Virus record (IMG/VR): IMGVR_UViG_3300005336_000019
Location: 12,513 to 76,512 of that record
Direction: 5' to 3' (one strand)
DNA from: a virus
Lineage: Duplodnaviria > Caudoviricetes
DNA: 64,000 nucleotides
This document shows, piece by piece, positions 36,805 to 42,791 of this stretch. Below the pieces are notes generated by a model, which ran no database searches, was not told the origin of the DNA, and was given only the letters and a program-made list of their open reading frames with translations. Within the stretch, counting starts at the first letter, position 1, and every line of letters starts with the position of its first letter. A program made the translations under genes and the position numbers.

Positions 36805-37328
36805 TTCTCACCCTTCTCCAGCTCGGCCTGAACCTGGTCGGCGAGACCCTTGGTGCCCTTGTAGACATGCAGGCGGTTGACGTAGTTCCGCATGTACTCG
36901 CCCGCGTCGTACGCCTCCTTGACCGCTCGGGCCAGCTCCTGCTCCTCGCTGGGCGTCAGGCGGCGCAGCACCTCGTCGCTGCTGTAGCCCGTGGTGCTGA
37001 CGGTGAGCTGACCGTTGCCGCCACCCGACACGCTGTCCCAGGCGATCATCAGGTTTCCGGTCCCGCTGTGGATGCCGGTGACGACGCCGTGCTTCACCTT
37101 GAGGTAGCCGTTGTTCTTGCTCTCGACCACCGTGATGGGGATGTTGACGGCCTTCTTCTTCACGCGCATCACGCGGTCGATATCGGCGACCAGCTTGGCC
37201 CTGGTGGGCTGCTTCAGGTCGCGGCCGTCCACCTCGGTCAGCCAGTCACCGTCGTCGTTCACGCGCAGCTTGAACCAGGCCCCAGCGTGCTTGATGACCC
37301 CTGCCTTGTACTCCGCCACGCCGCTCAC
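36801..37328 (-). CDS. hypothetical protein
   Basis: GTGA coupling. Confidence 0.8.
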   Translation of the reverse strand: MSGVAEYKAGVIKHAGAWFKLRVNDDGDWLTEVDGRDLKQPTRAKLVADIDRVMRVKKKAVNIPITVVESKNNGYLKVKHGVVTGIHSGTGNLMIAWDSVSGGGNGQLTVSTTGYSSDEVLRRLTPSEEQELARAVKEAYDAGEYMRNYVNRLHVYKGTKGLADQVQAELEKGEK

Positions 37329-37642
37329 CGACCGAACTGCGAGTCGAAAGGCGTGTCGTCCCACGGCTCCGGGTCGTCCGACGTGTCGCGCGTAGCCGTG
37401 TAGACCCACGTCCAGTAGACGTACCCCTTCTGCACGGGCACCTGCTTGGCGCTCTCGACCCAGTACGTCTGCCCCTCCAGCGTGGTGAATCCGTCACCCT
37501 TGTGCAGGAAGGGGAGGCTGGGCACCGTCTGGCCGGGCGCCGAAGGGGTGATCATGATCCGGTATTGCTGGGGCCAGCCGGATGACATGCCGGTCCGCTT
37601 CGGCAGCTCAATCACTGTGATCTCGTCGATCTCGTGGTCCAC
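37325..37642 (-). CDS. hypothetical protein
   Basis: RBS GAGGAAAAGGA. Confidence 0.8.
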   Translation of the reverse strand: MDHEIDEITVIELPKRTGMSSGWPQQYRIMITPSAPGQTVPSLPFLHKGDGFTTLEGQTYWVESAKQVPVQKGYVYWTWVYTATRDTSDDPEPWDDTPFDSQFGR

Positions 37643-37786
37643 TTTTCCTTTTCCTCTCCGATACGAGAATGCGGGGGTCGCCTACTACGACCGCAGGGGA
37701 TCTTTCACCAGGAGAGCTGCCACGCAGATCACTGGAGTTGGCCTCACCCTGCCCAAGCGGAGTAAGGATTTCCGCAGGCACCGCCG

Positions 37787-37859
37787 TGCTCCTGGCAGGA
37801 ATTGAACCTGCGACATCCGGATCCGGAATCCGGCGCTCTATCCCCTGAGCTACAGGAGC
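37787..37859 (-). tRNA. tRNA-Arg(CCG)
   Basis: Cloverleaf; CCGGA-TTCCGGA-TCCGG; GGTTCAA T-loop; no encoded CCA. Confidence 0.95.
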
Positions 37860-37868
37860 TTTCCTCTC

Positions 37869-38264
37869 TCACCAGATGTCGTACAGCATCCGGCGAGGAA
37901 CCTTCTCGGCCTTCTCGTACAGCCGACGTTCGAGTTCGCCCTTCGTGCGGCGCCCGGCTTCCAGCTTGCTCTTCACGTAGCGCCGGTTGGCGCGCTCGTG
38001 CTTACCAGCCCAGTAGGTCCGGCTGGAACTGGGGGTCCAGGCCCCGGTGTAGGTCCACCAGCGAGCGGTACGCCTCACCTTCCGGGGCTGCGGCCTGCGG
38101 CCCTGCCTCTCGGCGTCACGGAGTTCCGCAGCGCTGTAGCGCAGGTCGTAGACCTCGTGCTCGCGCACCGGAGTGATCGGCCGCTTGCGCCAGTACATCC
38201 TGTAGCCGTCAGGCCAGTCGCGCTGGTCGAACTTTCCGGGCGTGTGATGCGTCGTCTTGCCCAT
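37869..38264 (-). CDS. very basic (Arg/Trp-rich) hypothetical protein inside tRNA array
   Basis: RBS AGGAGG, ATG; MGKTTHH...HERANRR...LYDIW. Confidence 0.8.
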   Translation of the reverse strand: MGKTTHHTPGKFDQRDWPDGYRMYWRKRPITPVREHEVYDLRYSAAELRDAERQGRRPQPRKVRRTARWWTYTGAWTPSSSRTYWAGKHERANRRYVKSKLEAGRRTKGELERRLYEKAEKVPRRMLYDIW

Positions 38265-38365
38265 CGGAATTCATCCTCCTAGGGCCGCGAATTTCGCGGA
38301 CCTAGGTGAATCCGGTGACGATGTCCATCACCCCTCCAAGCTGTTCAGGCACGGTTGTTCCCAAG

Positions 38366-38463
38366 TGCGCGAGGCAGGGATCGAACCTGCACTGGACGTC
38401 TCCACAGGGCCTTTCCGAGTGCCCTGTTCGCCGGGCTCTGACTCGGAGTTCCCTTACACGCGC
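38366..38463 (-). ncRNA. tRNA-like RNA with non-canonical D region and 10-nt anticodon-position loop (possible pseudoknot)
   Basis: Acceptor GCGCGTG/CTCGCGC-A, T arm GCAGG-TTCGATC-CCTGC, variable arm, ACAGGGC-ACTCGGAAAG-GCCCTGT; TCCGAGT in D region complementary to ACTCGGA. Confidence 0.75.
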
Positions 38464-38554
38464 GACCGCACTGCGCAATGCGGTCCTTTACCACCGACTG
38501 TAATTCCGACCGGGTTTTTCAGACCACGGAAGGATATGGTGTCGTCGGCACACG

Positions 38555-38627
38555 CTCTCCTGACTGGACTTGAACCAGTAACATCCGGATTAACAATCCG
38601 GCGCTCTGCCGGTTGAGCTACAGGAGA
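38555..38627 (-). tRNA. tRNA-Asn(GTT)
   Basis: CCGGA-TTGTTAA-TCCGG; cloverleaf. Confidence 0.95.
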
Positions 38628-38762
38628 TCGAATCTGAAATTGTAGTGGGCCTCATCCCTAGCACCACGCGGCGCACCGACCTTGTTCTGCTGCGCTTCTC
38701 AACTGTTCCGGTTGTCGGGCGGATGGCAACCGGACCGCACTCCTATCTCCGCCACGTGCACG

Positions 38763-38834
38763 CTCCCCCGTCTGGACTTGAACCAAAACTTCCGATTCCA
38801 GAGACCGGCGGTCTGCCAATTAACCTACGGGGGA
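38763..38834 (-). tRNA. tRNA-Gln(CTG)
   Basis: CCGGT-CTCTGGA-ATCGG; U1-A72. Confidence 0.92.
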
Positions 38835-38853
38835 TCGCTCTTGAATTGTTGGC

Positions 38854-38945
38854 AACCGGACGGCAATGCTTCCACGCATGGACTATCTTCGCATGTATGT
38901 CCCACCCGCCACAGTGGGGCTGCGTTGATAGCTTACCGTCCGGCC
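38854..38945 (-). ncRNA. putative structured RNA (multi-branch) between tRNA-Phe and tRNA-Gln
   Basis: 13-bp closing stem GGCCGGACGGTAA/TTGCCGTCCGGTT plus four internal helices. Confidence 0.55.
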
Positions 38946-38947
38946 AG

Positions 38948-39023
38948 TGGCCCCGGCCCGATTTGAACGGGCGACCTCTCGCTTTTCAGGCGAGCGCTCT
39001 TTCGCGAACTGAGCTACAGGGCC
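38948..39023 (-). tRNA. tRNA-Phe(GAA)
   Basis: CTCGC-CTGAAAA-GCGAG. Confidence 0.93.
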
Positions 39024-39174
39024 TTGCACCCCTTGATGTATAGCTGGGCAGGGGCCGCCCTCCACTCGCCTCCCGGAGAAGGTTGGCTCATGGACTCGCT
39101 TTGCCTCACTCTCTGCCCGGTGGATAGTGGCCTTGTGAGCCACGAACTCCACCGGAATCTGCCTCCGAAGCCAG

Positions 39175-39248
39175 CGGTCCCGACGGGATTTGAACCCGCG
39201 ACCTCTCGGATGACAACCGAGTGCTCTGCCGAACTGAGCCACGAGACC
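39175..39248 (-). tRNA. tRNA-Asp(GTC)
   Basis: CTCGG-TTGTCAT-CCGAG; G73. Confidence 0.95.
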
Positions 39249-39273
39249 ATTGCTTCTTACCGCTGTTGAGTTG

Positions 39274-39320
39274 AAAAGGGAGCCCCGCTTTCCCGGCCTC
39301 CGCCTTACGGCGGGGCTCCC
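39274..39320 (-). terminator. intrinsic terminator within tRNA array
   Basis: GGGAGCCCCGC...GCGGGGCTCCC-TTTT on minus. Confidence 0.65.
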
Positions 39321-39343
39321 GATAGACCCGTCAGGGGGTCTCG

Positions 39344-39417
39344 TGGAGATGGAGGGATTCGAACCCCCGTCCTTCCGATCCGTAGTCGGCTGCCCCATCC
39401 AACTGGGCCACACCTCC
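39344..39417 (-). tRNA. tRNA-Arg(ACG)
   Basis: GCCGA-CTACGGA-TCGGA; GGTTCGAATCC. Confidence 0.93.
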
Positions 39418-39507
39418 ATCAGCCTTTCACCCTTCGCGCCAAGCGTGACCAAGGCAGGATCCAGGCCGACCGCATCCAAGCCCCAGGAAGCCGTGAGGAT
39501 GCGGCAG

Positions 39508-39580
39508 TACGCCCTACTGGACTTGAACCAGTGACACGAGGATTAAGAATCCCCTGCTCTGCCAACTGAGCTAAGGGCGC
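39508..39580 (-). tRNA. tRNA-Lys(CTT)
   Basis: GGGGA-TTCTTAA-TCCTC. Confidence 0.95.
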
Positions 39581-39587
39581 GCGTTCT

Positions 39588-39710
39588 TCAGTTCTGTCTG
39601 TCGTCCTTGGGGCCCCAGTAGTGGCCCGTGTAGACGTGGACGGGGTATCCGTCCTTCTGCACCTTCTTCAGGTGCCCTTCGTACGTCCGAGCCTTGCACT
39701 TACAGCTCAC
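39588..39710 (-). CDS. 40-aa basic peptide within tRNA array
   Basis: RBS AGAAGG, GTG; MSCKCKARTYEGHLKKVQKDGYP... Confidence 0.55.
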   Translation of the reverse strand: MSCKCKARTYEGHLKKVQKDGYPVHVYTGHYWGPKDDRQN

Positions 39711-39829
39711 GATCGCACCTTCTTTCTTGTCCCGATTCCAACAGGAACCCCTGGTTTCCCGGGACAGCGTTCCACCAGGGGTCTGCCTAGCGTCCGGCCG
39801 GTTCTGTCCTCCCGATCCTTCTGCTGGCA

Positions 39830-39860
39830 TACGGCTTACGGATTATGAGTCCGCGCCGCA
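39830..39860 (-). ncRNA. free-standing CAU anticodon stem-loop
   Basis: TGCGGC-GCGGA-CTCATAA-TCCGT-AA-GCCGTA; no D or T arm. Confidence 0.55.
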
Positions 39861-39866
39861 CCTTCG

Positions 39867-39940
39867 TATCCCTGACTGGACTTGAACCAGTGGCCTTTCC
39901 CTTATGAGGGGAGTGCTCTGACCGACTGAGCTACAGGGAT
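39867..39940 (-). tRNA. tRNA with CAT anticodon (Met or Ile2)
   Basis: CTCCC-CTCATAA-GGGAA; A1-U72 paired, so not a typical initiator. Confidence 0.9.
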
Positions 39941-39945
39941 CTGCG

Positions 39946-40018
39946 AGCCCCCGACCGGAATTGAACCGATGGCATCCGACTTACGAAGACGGCGCTCTAC
40001 CGACTGAGCTACGGAGGC
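39946..40018 (-). tRNA. tRNA-Thr(CGT)
   Basis: CCGTC-TTCGTAA-GTCGG (one U-U mismatch). Confidence 0.92.
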
Positions 40019-40020
40019 AT

Positions 40021-40095
40021 GAACTCCGGGTCCTAGGAGGGACGCAGACTTGCATGGGATAGCGAGCTGAGAAACAACGCTAGGCCCCGGAGTTC
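40021..40095 (-). ncRNA. long-stem RNA A
   Basis: GAACTCCGGG-G-CCTAG...CTAGG-A-CCCGGAGTTC. Confidence 0.55.
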
Positions 40096-40218
40096 TGTCG
40101 GGAGAATCCTGCCCGATCTTTAATCGACCACCCGCTGGATCGATGGACAGGTTCCTCCCTTTGCGAGACACCAACCTCGCGATTCCCAGGCTGTAGACCT
40201 GGCGGCAGCGGGAACTGC

Positions 40219-40284
40219 GGACTCCGGGCGGAGTGGACGACGTCGTAAGGGAAAGAGGTACTTCCGATACGCCGCCCGGAGTCC
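40219..40284 (-). ncRNA. long-stem RNA B (related to A)
   Basis: GGACTCCGGGCGG...CCGCCCGGAGTCC. Confidence 0.55.
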
Positions 40285-40286
40285 AG

Positions 40287-40361
40287 TCGGAATGGCGGGA
40301 TTTGAACCCGCGACCTCTCGCTCCCGAAGCGAGTGCTCTACGCAAGCTGAGCCACATTCCG
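40287..40361 (-). tRNA. tRNA-Pro(CGG)
   Basis: CTCGC-TTCGGGA-GCGAG; C1-G72. Confidence 0.95.
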
Positions 40362-40410
40362 ATTGAAGGTTCCCCAGGGTGACGGGGGGGTTGTAACCCC
40401 GGGGAACCAG

Positions 40411-40485
40411 CAGGGATAGCAGGATTTGAACCTACGACACGCCGCTTTGGAGACGGCTGCTCTGGCCGAACTGAGCTATATCCCT
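40411..40485 (-). tRNA. tRNA-Trp(CCA)
   Basis: GCCGT-CTCCAAA-GCGGC; G73. Confidence 0.95.
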
Positions 40486-40525
40486 TTGCCCGCCGGGAAG
40501 GTTTCCCCTCCCGGCTACAAGTACT

Positions 40526-40531
40526 ACTCTA
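40526..40531 (-). promoter_or_regulatory. -10 element TAGAGT heading the tRNA/ncRNA array
   Basis: Same TAGA(G/C)T hexamer precedes several other operons. Confidence 0.5.
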
Positions 40532-40574
40532 CCGCAGAACTTCGCTATCTCATAGCGGTTTTCGGTGACGAGCC

Positions 40575-41201
40575 TCACGCACGACGGAGGAAAGAGAAGC
40601 CCGTTCCACTGCTCGTGCACGTCTGAAGCGCCACCGAAGCGCCGAGACCGGCCGACGGGAAGGTGCCACCCTGGCTGCCCCGCTTCGCCCAGCCGTGGCC
40701 GTACACCCGGTACGTGCCCGCCAGGGCGCCCGAGCCGATGACCACCTTCCGGCCCACGGGCAGGTCATCCATCCAGGACCAGCCCATGTAGTTGTGCCCC
40801 GCCAGCGTCCTCACCCCTGCCGGGTAGTACAGCGTCAGCTTGCCCTGGTCGATGCAGCGCTGGGCCGACGCAACGGCCGACCCGCAGAAGACGTACCCGC
40901 CGATCCGGGTGACCGGCTCGGCGGGCTTCCTCTTCACCGTCTTGGTCGGCTTCGACTTGGGCTTCACCACGGGCTTCGGCTTGACCGTGGGAGCCTTCGT
41001 GCGGACCGGCGGAGTGAGGGTCGGCCGGGGCTCGGGTTTCGGTCCCTCGATCCGGCCGAGCGGTGGCAGCTCGATGCGCACGGAGGCGACCGCTCGCGCC
41101 GTGGCCGGTCGCTCCTCCGTTCCGGCCGCCGTGGCGGCCGTGCAGGTCGAGGCCACCAGGACCCCGGCAGCACTGAGCGCCAGCAGTCGTCTCCGTCTCA
41201 C
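40575..41201 (-). CDS. Secreted Pro/Lys-linker protein with C-terminal sortase-like domain
   Basis: Signal peptide; LAGHN and VALQTC motifs. Confidence 0.65.
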   Translation of the reverse strand: MRRRRLLALSAAGVLVASTCTAATAAGTEERPATARAVASVRIELPPLGRIEGPKPEPRPTLTPPVRTKAPTVKPKPVVKPKSKPTKTVKRKPAEPVTRIGGYVFCGSAVASAQRCIDQGKLTLYYPAGVRTLAGHNYMGWSWMDDLPVGRKVVIGSGALAGTYRVYGHGWAKRGSQGGTFPSAGLGASVALQTCTSSGTGFSFLRRA

Positions 41202-41220
41202 GTCGTTCCGCCTTTCCGGA

Positions 41221-41685
41221 TCACCGCACGTCGGTGATCTCGATGTCGTAGGGCAGCGCCTTCACTGCCTCTTCGATGTCCCATTCGACCGGATTCGCGT
41301 CAGCGTCGTGACCGATCTTGACCTTGAGCACCACCAGCAGCTCCCGGTGCCGGGGCTTCGGCTTCGGTTCGGGGTTGCCCCAGCCGCGCTCCTGGAGGGC
41401 CACCAGCAAGGGCAGCTCCTTGATCCAGCCGATGGGGTTGCTGCGCGCCGCCTCCAGCCGGGCCAGCTCGCCCTCGTAGGCGTCGGTCGCGGCGTCCCCG
41501 CTCGGGCCCGGCCCCAGCAGGTACGAGGAGATCAGAAGGTCGAGGTGGGCCAGCGCCCGGTCGGCCATGGTCAGGTACCGGTAGGTGTTCTGGGCGTGCT
41601 TGATGTCCATGTCGGCAACCCGGTGGATCCGGCCCGGACCGTCCACCCAGTACTCGTCCTGGAACAGCAGCTCTCTGCGGTCCAT
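41221..41685 (-). CDS. hypothetical phage protein
   Basis: W...G......M...HA.N motif. Confidence 0.8.
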   Translation of the reverse strand: MDRRELLFQDEYWVDGPGRIHRVADMDIKHAQNTYRYLTMADRALAHLDLLISSYLLGPGPSGDAATDAYEGELARLEAARSNPIGWIKELPLLVALQERGWGNPEPKPKPRHRELLVVLKVKIGHDADANPVEWDIEEAVKALPYDIEITDVR

Positions 41686-42104
41686 CAGTCTCCCCTCCTT
41701 CCCAGCAGTTTGCCCAGCAGGTTCCAGCTCCGGCCGCCGGACTCCATCTCGCCCGGCTGCGGGCCGCTTCCTGGGGTGTCGTCACTGATCTGCCAGCCCG
41801 GCATCCCGCTGAAGCGGGGGCCCATGGCCTCGTCGTGCATCCGGGGCGGGCTCGTCACGAGAACCGTGTACAGCCGCCTCGGGGCCAGCTTGCCCAGGTG
41901 CAGCCAGTAGACGGGGAACCCCTTGACGTGCTCGATCCGCAGCAGGCGGTCGTCGGCGAGCGGCTGCATGCCGACACCTGTGAGGTACAGGCCCATCTCG
42001 ATGGTCTGGCCGGTGTGCACCAGCTTGATCGACGAGCCGCCGGTCGTGATGATGCAGGGCTCGCCGACGTTGAGGCTCTTCAGGTCGAGGCGACCGGTGT
42101 TCAC
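41685..42104 (-). CDS. hypothetical protein
   Basis: GTGA coupling. Confidence 0.75.
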   Translation of the reverse strand: MNTGRLDLKSLNVGEPCIITTGGSSIKLVHTGQTIEMGLYLTGVGMQPLADDRLLRIEHVKGFPVYWLHLGKLAPRRLYTVLVTSPPRMHDEAMGPRFSGMPGWQISDDTPGSGPQPGEMESGGRSWNLLGKLLGRRGD

Positions 42105-42493
42105 CCGCACTGGATCCACCTCCAGGAATCAGAGGGAAGCGGCCAGTACCAGCGGAAGCTGTTGCCGTCCGAGTCGGCTCGTTCCACCCTGACACCGCCG
42201 AGCGGATCCAGCTCCAGCCAGTACTCCCGCCAGGGCGTCAGGGCGGCGACGTCCAGCCAGCCGTCCCGGTCGATGGGCGACATGTGCTCGTCGTACCCGC
42301 GCGTGATGCAGTGGATGGTCACCCACGGACCGGGCGTACCGATGCCGATCCCCGCCTGGTCCGGGTGGCCGAGTTCGCTGACGATGACCATGTCGCCGCC
42401 GACTCCAAGGTGCCGACGGCCGCCGATCAGCGGCTTGCGGTTGATCCGGTCGGCCATGGTGCGCAGGTCCAGGCGGGTGCCGTCGATCCTCAT
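42101..42493 (-). CDS. hypothetical protein
   Basis: ATGA coupling. Confidence 0.75.
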   Translation of the reverse strand: MRIDGTRLDLRTMADRINRKPLIGGRRHLGVGGDMVIVSELGHPDQAGIGIGTPGPWVTIHCITRGYDEHMSPIDRDGWLDVAALTPWREYWLELDPLGGVRVERADSDGNSFRWYWPLPSDSWRWIQCG

Positions 42494-42711
42494 ACGCCCA
42501 CCGGCCGGATGTCCTCGATCGCGTCGTCGATGGCCTCGATGACGCTCTTCAGCGCATCGGCCGCGCTGGCGTAGGCGCCGTCGCGCAGCTCGACGGGCAG
42601 GCGCTTGACGTCCGCCAGCAGCCTGCTGCGCAGAACCTCGAACCGCTCCTTCGGGGACTCTGCCTCCTCCAGCAGATCCTCGTAGTACTTCTCGCGTCCC
42701 TTGCGTGCCAC
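42490..42711 (-). CDS. hypothetical protein
   Basis: RBS CGGAAGGAG. Confidence 0.8.
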   Translation of the reverse strand: MARKGREKYYEDLLEEAESPKERFEVLRSRLLADVKRLPVELRDGAYASAADALKSVIEAIDDAIEDIRPVGV

Positions 42712-42766
42712 GTCGTCTCCTTCCGAAAGCCCCGGTTCTCAACCGGGGCTCCGTTTCCTTCTGTTG

Positions 42767-42790
42767 AGATTACCAGATGGCCTGGGCCAT
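42767..42790 (-). promoter_or_regulatory. Box ATGGCCCAGGCCAT upstream of extended -10 TGGTAATCT
   Basis: Plus-strand AGATTACCAGATGGCCTGGGCCAT. Confidence 0.65.
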
Positions 42791-42791
42791 G

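Noticed and set aside
38366-38463. tmRNA or intron-containing tRNA interpretation
   Set aside because: No G3-U70 pair, no tag ORF, only 98 nt; I could not find a single excision restoring a canonical cloverleaf
38860-38935. SAM-I riboswitch
   Set aside because: Only P1-like UAUC/GAUA present; GAGGGA kink-turn and GCAACC/GUGC core absent in the right positions; no downstream gene
38278-40085. CCTAGG/CTAGG at 38278, 38301, 40032 and 40080 as operator boxes
   Set aside because: Flanks do not fit TGRCC..GGYCA; better explained as RNA stem arms
37660-40290. HDV-like (theta) ribozymes after tRNA 3' ends
   Set aside because: Pseudoknots lack the nested P3/L3 and J4/2 catalytic C arrangement by eye; a CM search is still warranted
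40384-40390. G7 tract as phase-variation site
   Set aside because: Lies in a non-coding hairpin loop, not in an ORF or evident promoter
38257-40626. ORF-track ORFs over the tRNA array (38257, 38645, 38883, 39902, 40426 etc.)
   Set aside because: Overlap tRNA genes; no coding bias
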